Counted from the stretch's first letter, positions 1 through 12,485 are shown. The stretch: DNA of 64,000 bases from Convolutriloba macropyga (GCF_964194025.1 NC_134481.1:20398001-20462000), one strand, 5' to 3'. The notes: a model not told the origin generated them from the letters alone. Translations and numbers: made by a program.

Positions 1-305
1 ATTTTTTTCTAGAAGAACTGCGTGACGAAGTGTTTTAATTGAGTGGAACTGTTTGAGTTCGAAAAAAAACTACTTGACTAATTAACATTAATCAAAAATT
101 TGTGGGACAAAAAAATTATCCGAAATGGAACAAACTTCCAATTAGAACAATATTACTAAAAACTACTTCAAACATATGTTAAAACAATAATTTACTACTA
201 CCGCTGGAAAAAATATCGGATGTTTTGAAATTTATTTTACCATGTGCATAATCTCTTTTGTCTGTTTAAATTCAACCCAAGGATTATAAACTTAAATTTA
301 CCTAA

Positions 306-953
306 TCAAAAAATGTACAAACCCATTTCAGGTGGTCCAAAAACACCACCACCTCCCATGGGCGGGGGAGGAACTGGCGGGGCTGCTGGAGGACCTCGAC
401 TACCAAGAGCTAGATCAATTGGCATTTGACCTCCGTCGGGTATCCCCCCAAGGGGTCCGGAAGCTTGCAACATTCGTCTAACATGGTGTGCTCCTACTTC
501 TGTGGCTATTTTCTTCAAACTTGAGCTACTGATTTGCGCATGACGATCTTCCATCATTTGCAAAAGCATCAGAAAATCATCCCTGGCTGCTGAGTTTGTT
601 TCCAAATCCTCCATAATCGACCTCCACTTTGTACCGGAATCCAAGATGCCCAAAATCATTGGTTGGTCACCCCAAAATTCTAAAAGTTTCTGCCTGATGT
701 TATTGGAGACATTCCGGACCATAGAACCCCAGGCTCTGGCTTTCCGGGCACCTTTAGACTCGAAACCTGCGGCACTGGATGTGCTTGTTCCGGAAGGCGA
801 GGGTTTTCTTGGTCTCCGGGCCGATGAATGGCGGTTGTTTTTTGCTGACGTTATGGTATTGTCTCGATTGTAGGAATCTAAAGAAATTGAGCTCTCCATC
901 AGTCGGTCATAGCGATCCAAAACATCGCCAAGAACTCGGTCTTTTCTGGACAT
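306..953 (-). CDS. Probable exon or ORF of an unidentified host gene (215 aa, Pro-rich C-terminal tract)
   Basis: GC-richer 648-nt ORF in AT-rich flanks, ATG preceded by a T-rich tract ending in AG, PPAAPPVPPPP tract, possible GT donor (GG|GTTTGT) near 322. No family recognised. Confidence 0.5.
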   Translation of the reverse strand: MSRKDRVLGDVLDRYDRLMESSISLDSYNRDNTITSAKNNRHSSARRPRKPSPSGTSTSSAAGFESKGARKARAWGSMVRNVSNNIRQKLLEFWGDQPMILGILDSGTKWRSIMEDLETNSAARDDFLMLLQMMEDRHAQISSSSLKKIATEVGAHHVRRMLQASGPLGGIPDGGQMPIDLALGSRGPPAAPPVPPPPMGGGGVFGPPEMGLYIF

Positions 954-1320
954 TGTTCTTTTGTGAATAAAATAAAACGTGTATTTTCAAACTACAATAA
1001 GAACAAAAGCATTAACAAGCTATCGAACTGTATAAGCGCACGTTTAGCGCACAATTTAAAGAGTGAAAAAGATTTACAGTTTTCGAGAATGGAGAGTTGG
1101 TTTATAACCATTGTTGACAGATGGCCGTGGCTAAGAGCCCTTTCTGTATACGAGAGCACTGTTTTATTTTGCTCAATTAAAACAACAGAAACGCAATTGA
1201 TTAAACGAAAAGAAGGTATGGTTTTTTGAGTATAAAGTGTATTTGGCATGAATGGTACGCATGAGTTTCGCATTGTTAAAAATCTGTAACGAAGAAAAAG
1301 ATCGCGTTGCTTCTGCATTT

Positions 1321-1520
1321 NNNNNNNNNNNNNNNNNNNNNNNNNNNNNNNNNNNNNNNNNNNNNNNNNNNNNNNNNNNNNNNNNNNNNNNNNNNNNNNN
1401 NNNNNNNNNNNNNNNNNNNNNNNNNNNNNNNNNNNNNNNNNNNNNNNNNNNNNNNNNNNNNNNNNNNNNNNNNNNNNNNNNNNNNNNNNNNNNNNNNNNN
1501 NNNNNNNNNNNNNNNNNNNN
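1321..1520. other. Assembly gap (N run)
   Basis: Run of N. Confidence 0.99.
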
Positions 1521-1855
1521 AGCAACGTATAAGTATAGCGTCTCTATATTAACGATCAATGCAACAAGTGAAACTTAGGCGGCAAGGTTTTTTCGATGCT
1601 CTTTTACTGGTTTTTGTCTGATGTTATTGACGTAAAATCAGTTCGTATTCAATCGGCAATTGTCTAGAAAATCTAAAAATATTAAGCCGAAAACCACCTC
1701 AATCGGTACATATCGTGGTTATATTTACTTAAAATTAGGTTAATTGAACTTTTTCGGAACTTTCTACGTATATTGGAACGTATTTAATTCATATTTTAAA
1801 GTTTAGAAATACTCGATTCTGATTGGCTAATAATTCCTCCATTTACTACGTAACA
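1521..1855 (-). repeat. 3' LTR of element 1 (truncated by the gap)
   Basis: Starts TGTTACG on - right after a purine-rich GGGCAGGAGGA tract; the pol stop lies inside it; near-identical copy at 11029-11355. Confidence 0.8.
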
Positions 1856-4800
1856 TCCTCCTGCCCGGAAGAAGATGTTGTGAAAACTGGTACAAGTTTT
1901 ACAAGCGGGCGGACGAGTGAACCGGTCGACGTACGTAAAACGGCGGAGCGCGCGACGCTATCGGAGCCGTAACGGAGTACCACAATCCGAGCGGTTGGGT
2001 AGTAACCCTTAGGGTTGGTTTCCTCATTCTTTCAAACCAAGTCACTGGTCTTAAGGTGTTGGTCGGCAGGCGTCTGCCACTAAGAGCGCCGGTTCAGCGT
2101 CGGTACGTACTCTTTGATCCAACGGGACCAGATCGCATTAGCGTTTGACTGCGCACGGGCGTAACGTTTACGATGGTCGAACCCATTGTTGCCGACAACA
2201 GACGGAATATCGGCAGAGTGTTCTCCTAGAAGAAAGTGGTTGGGCGTTAAAGCGTTCAAATCGCACGGATCAGCGCTTACTGGTGTTAAAGGACGCGAAT
2301 TGAGGGCATTCTTCACTAGACAAAGGGTAGTATGCAGTACCTCATCCGTCAGGCGACGCGTGCCAAGAGTAGTATACAACACGCGCTTGAAACTGCGTAC
2401 CAACCTCTCCCAGATGCCACCTTTATGTGGTGCGCTGGGTGGATTGAAACTCCACTTTATTCCTTTGTGAGCGAGCTCAGCTGCAATGTTGACAACGTTC
2501 CACTTTTCAATACTTTCTCGGAGTTCTTTCTCCGCTCCAATAAAGTTAGTGCCATTGTCCGACCAAATCATGGCAGGTGTACCCCTACGTGACACAAACA
2601 GCTCAACTCCCATAACACAAGAACTGGTGTCCATGGATGTAACTATCTCGACATGGACAGCGCGAGTAGTGAGACAGGTGAAGAGGAAGCCCCACCTTTT
2701 CTCAGTAGTACGGCGGACAGTAACATAGAACGGCCCAAAGTAATCAACGCCAGTGTTCGTGAAAGGCGGATACTGGTAAGCAAGTCTCTCCTTATGTAAG
2801 TCAGACATGATTGGTTGCATAGTTACAGCAACCAGTTGGAATTCTCGGCATCTCAGGCAGTGTGCTTTGATGGAACGCAAAGATGATCTTAGTTTCAGTA
2901 CTGTATAGTTTTCCTGCACAATTGATCTTAGGTATTCAACGCTTTGATGGTAATTCTTTACGTATGTGTGTTCATGAAACAGTTTTACAAACGGATGACG
3001 TGCATCCAAGATGATTGGGTACTTTACGTTAAACCCAACTTCAATTAACCGCTTGATGCGGCCCGAGGAACGAATTAGCCCATTTGGACTAATAAACGGT
3101 GAATGTGGAGCAATTCGGCTACTCCGTTTATCAAATATAATGTCAAGAAGATCTTTTCTTTCGGTTTCAAAAGACTCTCCTTGCACCAAGTACTGTAGAT
3201 GACGCTCGGCTTCGTCAAGCTCAGTAGGGTAAGTAATGCTATCATCGAGATTACGGTAGCCGGCATGTTTCGGCAAAAGCTGGAGAACGTATGCGGCAAT
3301 GCACATGTACTTTTGATAAGAACTAAACTTATCAAATGGGAATAAGGACGGAACGGGAGTTGTCTGTTTTTTGACAGATATATGGAGAGAAACAGTGTCT
3401 TCTATAATGACTGCTTGGTTGACGCCAAGTTTGATGTTATTAATGACGTCTTTGTTCGGTACAAACGGGAAACGTGAATTAGTTAAGAAATGTGGACCTT
3501 TGACCCAACTGCTTAGTTGCAAAATCTCAGCGGACATTCCACGCGTTCCAACGTCAGCTGGATTATCCTTAGTTAGGACGTGGTTCATTGGTCAACGCTG
3601 GTATACTCCAAAATTTCGCAATCACGGTTTGCAACAAAGATTGGTTGCTTTTCATTTGAGTTAATCCATTGGAGAACGGTCGTGCTGTCTGTCCACATGA
3701 ATACTTGGTTAACAGATACAGTAAGGCTTGCATAATCTCCCATTTCAATCGAGCGGCAAGTAGAGCTGCTTGTAACTCGAGTTTTGGGACAGTCATTACT
3801 TTCATTGGCGCCACGCGTGCTTTCCCCAAAACAAACGCAAGCTCTGTTTTCACCTTGCCCGTAGGAGTTGTTACTCGGGCTCGAAGAAATGCGACGGCAC
3901 TAAAAATATCCTGGGAACTATCAACAAACATATGCAATTCTACATTATCAAAGGGTCCAGTAAAATAACTTCAAGCAACTTTGATGTTTTCAAGCTTTGG
4001 TAAGTCCCCACTCCAAACCAAAAATGATTGAACGATGTCCTGTAGGAGCTCGTCATCCCATTGTTGTCCTGTGACACGCCAGATGTCTTTTAAGGGCAGT
4101 CGCGCACCGACCGTAAAAGGTGCGACAAGACCAATGGGGTCAAAGACTTTCGAGACAAGACTTAGGACCAAGCGTTGCGTGAGGGACTTGGTGATAGCGC
4201 AGCTTGTACTCCTACTCACAACTAAAGTGTCATTAGTATGATCCTACTTTAACCCTAGCACATGCGATGAATCCTCCTGACATGAAACAATAACCTTGGG
4301 CTCAGTAGATTGAGGAGAACCATCAATTCGGTCAGCCAGATTTGGCACATTGCTTACAAAATTTGTAAGCTTGAACCCACCGAGATGGAGAAGATGCACC
4401 AATTCCTTCGATCTATTGATGGCTTTCTCAGGAGACTCCACTGAGTCAAGGTAGTCGTCCATGTAAAAGTTTTCAAGGACGGCTTTTGCAGCTTCGGGAA
4501 AAAACTTAGCATTGTCTCTCGCAGTGCGTTGCCGTGCATAGTTGGCGCATGCAGCCGAGTCTTTAGCGCCGAATATGTGGCGCGAATATTGATACACTAC
4601 AACATTATTTGTGGGGTCCTCCCACCACAGAAAGCGAAGTGATGGTTGATCTGATGGTAATACGCCAACCTGTAAAAACATTACCTCGATGTCGGCAGAG
4701 ACGGCATATGGATGTTGTCGGAAGCGAAGAAGTACGTAAATAAGGTTCTGGAGCAGATCAGGGCCAGTGAGCAAGGACTTATTCAGTGAGGCACCATGAA

Positions 4801-7800
4801 AATTTGCTGCTCCATTGAGCACCCTACGCACCTTACCCGGTTTGTTCGGGTTTAAAACCGGATGGGTGGGTAGGTACCGCTCTTTATCGGACCGGTTCTC
4901 AACCTTGTGAGCGTCCGGAACCTCAACTACATGCCCTTTATTTAGATCTTCCGTGATGGTACTAGTATACTTGTCCCTAAGGTCTTCATCCTTGGCCAAT
5001 CGTTTTTCGAGAGACTTTAGTTGCACAAGGGGCGAGAAGTAATTATTTGGGAGCTGGGTGTTGTCTGCTGCCCACAACATTCCGATATCGTATCTCAGGC
5101 CATTGTGTATGGTGGAACTTTCAAGGATTTCGTGAGCCCTTGGGTCTGCTGTAGATCTTGAGTCGACCTGCTTGTTTGCTCCGAATGATTCAATGTCGTA
5201 CCATGATTTTACTTGACTTGCAAACTCATTGTCCTGTTCGATATTCACTTTAAAGCACGTTGAGGTTAAACACGAACTTGATGGCAACGGACCGCTTAAG
5301 ACCCAACCTATGGGTAAGCGTACGGCAACGGGTGAACGCTTCTCATCGGCAGAGAACTATTCTAACGGGCGGATGGCATGATAGACATCTTGTCCGAGTA
5401 TCATCTCAATGTTTTTATAGGAATATGTCATGGGATCAAGGACTGCTAAGTGTGGGTAAGTCTCTTGCAGAGCCTGTACATTATTTATATCTGAGCCCAC
5501 GTTCAGACTCTCCTTAACAAAAGGGTTGATAGTAAATGGTTCAAAATCCTGATGTTCTCTTGGTTTCACAGTGACTTCAACAACTCTAGTATCGACTACT
5601 TTTTCGGTATTAATACCCTTGACAGTTAACTTTAGTGCTTTACCGTGCAAACCGAGCCTATCTGCGAGACTACGGGCCACCCAAGAGTTACTGCAGGCGG
5701 TATCACACAAAACTAAAGCCTTGGTATCTAAACCGGACGAATTGAACAACTGCAATTCAGTCACCTGGAGAAGCCCCTTAACGTCAGTAACTGATGACAT
5801 CGTTGTGGTCTTATTAAACGGCTGTTGAGTAGCAGTTGCTTTACTTTGACCTGTGTTGCCAGAAGACTGGATAGCATTGGAATTTGTGGACTGTTTTGCT
5901 GGGAAAACCCCAGCTGCTCCATGCAATAGTGTGTTATGCGAACTATTGCACCCCTCTGCTCGGCACTTTCTCGGTTGAGGGCACTGGCGCAATGTGTGCT
6001 TATCGCGTAAGCACGAAAAGCAAAGTTTATTGTCCGCCACCAACTTAGCTCTCTGGGTTGGAGTCTTTCCCATGAAAACTCGACACTCCCATAGCCGGTG
6101 GTGACCTTTGCATACAATACAGCGAGAGTAAGTGTTTTTTGAAGAAGGTGGCATTTGCTTCTTTGTTTCCTTTTTTTGTGAATTTGATGCAATTACTTTT
6201 GAGGCTGTTTTGGTCTTGGTTACTGAAGTGCTGTTATCTTCAGGCCTTGCCTTGTTTGCGCTTTGTTTCATAAGATCATGGGTTTCAGCCTTTTTTTTGA
6301 GTCAATCGTTAAAGTCAAGGAGGGTAGGCTTAACCCAGTGCTTATTAGCCGTAAAGAGCAACCATGACTCTTTCATGTTTGTTGGTAATTTCTGTACCGC
6401 TTGGTTAAGTAGGGAAGCGCTTTTCAAGTCAGCATCATATGATAGTGACTTGAAAACACCAACGAGGCTGGATATGGCTGCAGAATAGTTAATGATGTTA
6501 TCACTATTATGGTTTTTAAGAGGCGGAAAATTGCTTAGTTTATCCAAGTGTGCACTTACGACTATCTGTGGCTGGCCAAATTTACGTTCTAAAGTCCTTA
6601 GTGCATCCTTGTACATTAAACCACAGTAAGCAAACTCGGCGATTGCAATCTTTGCTTTACCGGTGACGAGTGTTTTGAGGTATGTCAATTCAACGTCATC
6701 AGTTAGCGATTGCGAGTCAATTGCGCTTTTGAATAGACCATACCACTCGTGCCATTGTAATGGATCGCCATTATACTGAGCAGGTTTCCTTTCAGGTAAG
6801 GAATCAATTTTTTTCTGGTTATTGCATCAGCTAATTCCCTAATCAATGACCCATTGTCCGGTGTCGGAGGGGCCGGTGCAGACACCTGCGGACCGCTCCA
6901 ACTCAACGGAGTGGGCCCAACATAGGAGTTTGTTGGCTGAAAAACCGGAGTGGCTAGACCAGGTACAACATTACTAGTAGTCGCGATCAGGTTTTCCTGC
7001 TGTGCACCTGATGGTGATTGTATATCAATCAAAGGGGCGAATTCTGATGAATTTGTAGTGGAACATTAGTGCTTGATATTGCAATCTGGGTGTGTACATC
7101 TGGAGGTAGACTATTCACGGTGGTTGCGCCTTGGTTGACTTTTGACGATCTGTGCAGTGGAAACCGCCAATGACTCATATTTGGCACAAAGTTTTGGCCA
7201 AGAGGGATATTAGGCATTTTTGGGACAGGAGGAGCAACGGAACGTACGACTTTGTGTACTCGGTTATTATTATTCTGAAATGTGTTGTTGACGAGAAGCT
7301 GATTAATCACAGGGGCGTGTGCGATGGGAGCAGTGTGGTTAGGTACGAAGACTGGGTTCGGAATTAGAAGGACGTTAGGATGAGTGGGTTCGGAGTTGTG
7401 CTGTTGAATGTTTGGACTTGGTGGGGCGCTTGGGTGCAGGGGAACGTTTTTTGGGGGGTTCTGGATGATTTGTTGTCGGAAAAGGAGGAAGAGTGGCGTT
7501 TGGTGCTCGGGGGACAAAATTAATTTGTTGTCGGGGCATATACGCTGGGCCGAATTGTTCTCGGGCAGACTTGATGTTTCAGTTCCCCTGGATTGCAAAA
7601 TTTGAAGTTGTGCGTTGGGAAATATTTCGGTTGCAATATTCTGACTTTCTTGTGGTGCGAACGTCTGTGGTGGAATGGGCTGTTGAATGGGTGGTGAAGA
7701 AGCCCCTGGGGCGTGTACAGAAGGCGGCTGACTATCCGCGTTTCCTTGGTTAGTTATGCTTGGGAGCGCCGTGCCTTGCTGGCCTGTTTGATTCATTTGC

Positions 7801-8620
7801 GCCCTTAGGTGCGCCTGGTACAACGCCTGTGTGTTAGCAGCAGCCAAAAAATTTTCAGGTGGAATGTAATAGGGGTCGAGTTGCTGCAAGGTCTCATTGC
7901 TGAAAATGTAATTGCCTCGACAATTTTTTGGAATAGAATGCCTTGAAAGTTCAGTGTTCTGATCTTCCACTGTTTTGCCGTTGTTGTGGCTAGGACATTC
8001 TGGAGGGTCAATCATAACCTGTGGTTCACTAGTTTTCTCCTCATTGTGAAAACTTAAAGCAAGTGAGGTGTTTATCCAGTCTTGGACAGCCTTTTCACTT
8101 CTCATTGAGCTCCTAGCACTTGCAGTTGTTTCAGATAGGCTACCTTTAGAAACGGCGTCCAGCAATTCAAATTCTTGCCTCTGCCAACCGTTTCCTGTTG
8201 CTTTCCTCCAGTTCATCTAGATGTTTTTGACGAGGTCATAATTGAGGGAAGTCTAGAAAGAATGGGAGCCCCTGGTTACTGGAACTCATTCACTTTATCA
8301 TCAACAGAGTTGATGTAGTTTTGTGCTGAAGTGAGTATCTTGTCATTCTTAAGTGTCATTGCCTCCAAGTAAGACTCTAATGAAGGAACAAGTGCACTTG
8401 GATCCTCCGTTTTTCCAGCAAATGCAATCAGGTCCTCATTTTTTTCTACAACAGTCATTAATGCTTCGTTCCACTTTGTTAAGAGACGTTCAACTTTCAC
8501 TCGCCTACTTTGACTATTTATACAATGAAGAATATCTTCATGTATGGCATGCAATTCAGCCTCACGCTTTGACCTGGCAGCGTACAACTTTTTGACTTTT
8601 TGATCAAGACTATTAGACAT
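1846..8620 (-). pseudogene. Disrupted gag-pol polyprotein of element 1
   Basis: Collinear ORF fragments (8276-8659, 7029-8216, 6302-6688, 5357-6271, 4244-5287, 3971-4219, 3569-3937, 2080-3588) separated by stops and frameshifts. Confidence 0.92.
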
Positions 8621-9120
8621 TACGATGTTATTATTTCCAAAGACCAGCAAACCTACCACTGCACACGGTTAATTATTATATGCACACTCCAAATAAATCG
8701 AACCCACGCAAAACAATTCCAACGCAAAAAGGCACCAAACACAGCACACTGTACACAGTCTGTAAAACAAACCAACCAAAGAGCAGAGAAGGTCGTCGAG
8801 CACACGATGCCCGACAAAAACAGAAGTGGAGCGCTGAACGCTATGCGCTCAACGCGGAGGGAGACAAAAGACACACGGGAAGTCGAGCAAGCAACGCGCG
8901 GCGAAATGGAGACGTTACGGACGGGAAGTCGAGCGAGCAACGCGCGACGCAACGGAAACGGGACAAACGAGAAGTGGAAAGAGCAGTGCGCGACGGAACG
9001 GAAACGGGACGTGCAGGAAAGCAAGCGAAAAACGCGCAACACAACGAAACCGGACGGTGGGAAAGAACGGGCGGGAGAAACTATGTTAGCAGACCGCAGA
9101 AAAAAACTCAACCAAACAAC

Positions 9121-9643
9121 CTAGCCGTAACTCCAGAACAAACTTAAGTCACACCCTGGGAAGAAAGAGAGAAGCTACTGCAAGACAATCTAACATAGTT
9201 CATATTGGGTCTGTAACGACAAATTTAACGAAAAATTAATATACGGCAATGCAGTAATACACTTATAGGATGAAAAGGTCGAGACATTTACTAGCGGTAA
9301 CTCCAGAATAAACTTAAGTCACATCCTATCAAAACCACAACAAACAATCAGCATACTAACAGTATTAAACAAACTACGTCAAAGTTGAATAAACTACAAT
9401 AGTATATTTGTAGACTAAGACAGTTGGAAAAGTCAAGAGACAATCCAGCCGTAACTCGAGAATTAACCTAAGTCACACCCTAGAAGGCGAAAAGACCAAA
9501 CCAACTAGCAATCATACAGATACACACAATTATACAGCAGCAAAATCAATATACTACAACAGAAGGGCTAGTAAATCAGTAAAGTTGAAAAGTCAAAAGA
9601 CAATCCAGCCGTAACTCGAGAATAAACTTAAGTCACACCCTAG
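9121..9643 (-). repeat. Four copies of a ~37-nt motif at 154-170 nt spacing in the element 1 leader
   Basis: AGC(C/G)GTAACTC(C/G)AGAAnAAACTTAAGTCACA(C/T)CCT on + at about 9121, 9291, 9445 and 9605. Confidence 0.9.
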
Positions 9644-10551
9644 AAAGCTAAAAGACCTAAGCATACTAGCATACTCAACATACTACAGCGAAAACAACAA
9701 CATACTTCATCGCTTATGACATACTACATCAAAATCCAGAAAAGTATTGGAAGAAAACGAAAAGCGAAGTTTTGGGAGAGCGACGTTATTGAAAAAACGG
9801 AACACGAGAACCGGAAAGTTAAAGGACGAAAAGAACGCGGACAAAACATTACATAAACGACCGACGAGGAAAAATTTAGCGATTCGATAATTTTTTGTAG
9901 GCCAAAGTTTGTGAAAATTTTCACACCTTTTTCTGTGTATTGAGTTTTCCCTCAAATTACGAACCTTCTTAATGAGAAAAATGATTAAGGAAGGTTTTAT
10001 ACTCAAAAATGTGGTTTATCAATATTCGGTATTAATCTTCTAAAGTTTTTTGAATTGCATCAAAATTGACCAAAAATTTGCAAAATTCAACAATTTAGCA
10101 TAATATTCTATCAATTTTCTCTATATCAGGAGTTATTTTTGATAAACGAATCAACTGTATCAATTTTTCCGAATTTTTGCTAAATCTACCAAAAAAATTT
10201 AAAATTGATGTTTTTGCGTCTCAAAATTAGGTTTGCTTGGATTAATGGTGATCTGTTACGGATATTTTTCAAAATATGGTTTAATTTTACTCCCAATGCG
10301 ATATCAAAAACAACTTTTCACAGGTGGGGTTTCTTGCCGTCTAAATATTATAGAATTTAGTGCAATATCGGTAAATAAAACTTCTGTTCTGTCTTACAAG
10401 TTTTTTCGGGTACGCATTTCCTTGTGCAGTTCGTGGGCTTCAGGACAGTTGTCGTGTTTCGTCTCTCTGACTGGCAATAATGTATGTTGTGAAGATAATT
10501 TAAGATTGCCTCCTTGCTACGTCCACTGGACCAGATTCCCTCTCGTTAGAA

Positions 10552-10915
10552 AACCTTTTCAGCTTCGGCGGCTTCATCCTCGGATGAAGCCGAACCGATC
10601 ACTTCCGAACCGATCAACATTATCATCGTCGTCATCTTTCGCAGCTGCCTTTTTAGTTGAACCGTTAGTCACTGGCTCCGGAGCTTTGCCGATCATTGGA
10701 CATTCAGCAGAGACGAATTTGCCTTTCTCGGCATCCGAGAATGAGGCAATTTGTCGACACCATCTAGCTAAATGAGGGTACTTGTCAGTGTCGGGTGTAT
10801 CCTTCACTTCGGCGAGTAGGATGGCGTCTGCGGACGAAGGGATGTAGCCCACTACGTAGCTCCTGGTGGCGAGGAAGGTGTAGATTGATTCGAAATCTCC
10901 GTACGGCGTAAACAT
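10552..10915 (-). pseudogene. EEF1B2: Truncated elongation factor 1-beta pseudogene (N-terminal domain plus acidic linker)
   Basis: FLATRSYVVGYIPSSAD...YPHLARW..I.SF...DDDDNVDRFGSD matches the EF1-beta N-terminus. Removing a 16-nt insertion restores FGSDEDEAAEAEKV. The C-terminal GEF domain is absent. Confidence 0.85.
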
Positions 10916-10973
10916 TTTGATCCTCAGCGTTCAACGTTTAACTATTTGATATGCCCTTGAGCCGGGAGCGGCA

Positions 10974-10983
10974 CTATATAAAC
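10974..10983 (-). promoter_or_regulatory. TATA-box-like element upstream of the EF1-beta fragment
   Basis: TTTATATAG on -, about 60 nt upstream of the ATG at 10915. Confidence 0.4.
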
Positions 10984-10993
10984 TCAGTAAAAC

Positions 10994-12485
10994 TGTAGTT
11001 CGAGAATTCAATTCATCTATAATGATAAAGCAACGTATAAGTATAGCGTCTCTATATTAACGATCAATGCAACAAGTGAAACTTAGGCGGCAAGGTTTTT
11101 TCGATGCTCTTTTACTGGTTTTTGTCTGATGTTATTGACGTAAAATCAGTTCGTATTCAATCGGCAATTGTCTAGAAAATCTTAAGCCGAAAACCACCTC
11201 AATCGGTACATATCGTGGTTATATTTACTTAAAATTAGGTTAATTGAACTTTTTCGGAACTTTCTACGTATATTGGAACGTATTTAATTCATATTTTAAA
11301 GTTTAGAAATACTCGATTCTGAATGGCTAATAATTCCTCCATTTACTACGTAACATCCTCCTGCCCCGAAGAAGATGTTGTGAAAACTGGTACAAGATTT
11401 ACAAGCGGGCGGACGAGTGAACCGGTCGACGTACGTAAAACGGCGGAGCGCGCGACGCTATCGGAGCCGTAACGGAATACCACAATCCGAGCGGTTGGGT
11501 AGTAACCCTTAGGGTTGGTTTCCTCATTCTTTGAAACCAAGGCACTGGTCTTAAGGTGTTGGTCAGCAGGCGTCTGCCACTTAGAGCGCCGGTTTAGCGT
11601 CGGTACGTACTGTTTGATCCAACGGGACCAGATCGCATTAGCGTTTGACTGCGCACGGGCGTAACGTTTACGATGGTCGAACTCATTGTTGCCGACAACA
11701 GACGTAATATCGGCAGAGTGTTCTCCTAGAAGAAAGTGGTTGGGCGTTAAAGCGTTCAAATCGCACGGATCAGCGCTTACGGGTGTTAAAGGACGCGAAT
11801 TGAGGGCATTCTTCACTAGACAAAGGGTAGTATGCAGTACCTCATCCGTCAGGCGACGCGTGCCAAGAATAGTATACAACACGCGCTTGAAACTGCGTAC
11901 CAACCTCTCCCAGATGCCACCTTTATGTGGTGCGCTGGGTGGATTGAACCTCCACTTTATTCCTTTGTGAGCGAGCTCAGCTGCAATGTTGACAACGTTA
12001 CACTTTTCAATACTTTCTCGGAGTTCTTTCTCCGCTCCAATAAAGTTAGTGCCATTGTCCGACCAAATCATGGCAGGTATACCCCTAGGTGACACAAACA
12101 GCTCAACTCCCATAACACAAGAACTGGTGTCCATGGATGTAACTATCTCGACATGCACAGCGCGAGTAGTGAGACAGGTGAAGAGGAAGCCCCACCTTTT
12201 CTCAGTAGTACGGCGGACAGTAACATAGAACGGCCCAAAGTAGTCAACGCCGGTGTTCGTGAAAGGCGGATACTGGTAAGCAAGTCTCTCTTTATGTAAG
12301 TCAGACATGATTGGTTGCATAGTTAGACTAACCAGTTGGAATTCTCGGCATCTCAGGTAGTGTGCTTTGATGGAACGCAAAGATGATCTCAGTTTCAGTA
12401 CTGTATAGTGTTCCTGCACAATTGATCTTAGGTATTCAACGCCTTGATGGTAATTCTTTACGTGCGTGTGTTCAAGAAACAGTTT
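10994..12485 (-). mobile_element. Duplicated 3' part of BEL/Pao element 1 (integrase ORF 11346-12419 plus LTR)
   Basis: 11029-12485 aligns with 1521-2985 (offset 9500-9508, one 8-bp indel, scattered substitutions). The LTR end at 10994 (...CTACA on -) is tentative. Confidence 0.9.

Larger units (their letters stand above)
1521..9880 (-). mobile_element. Decayed BEL/Pao LTR retrotransposon (element 1)
   Basis: Minus-strand order: Gag with CCHC knuckles (CIVCKGHHRLWEC; CFSCLRDKHTLRQC), protease (LCDTACS), RT (HPVLNPNKPGKVRRV; YMDD), Pao RNase H (ARVAPMKVMTVPKLELQAA), integrase (GVDYFGP; SDNGTNF; GGIWERLV), then LTR. The 5' boundary is approximate; no PBS was found. Confidence 0.93.

Noticed and set aside
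992-1578. ORFs spanning the N gap (also 13132-13335 and 50208-50542)
   Set aside because: Artefacts of translating N runs.
8600-9147. Overlapping 150-174-aa ORFs on both strands
   Set aside because: Compositionally skewed leader with imperfect tandem repeats, which explains the lack of stops; no recognisable domain.
9121-9643. CRISPR-like repeat-spacer array
   Set aside because: The spacers are 120-130 nt and partly similar to each other, there are no cas genes, and the context is a eukaryotic retrotransposon leader.
10233-10775. 180-aa plus-strand ORF
   Set aside because: Largely the antisense shadow of the EF1-beta fragment.
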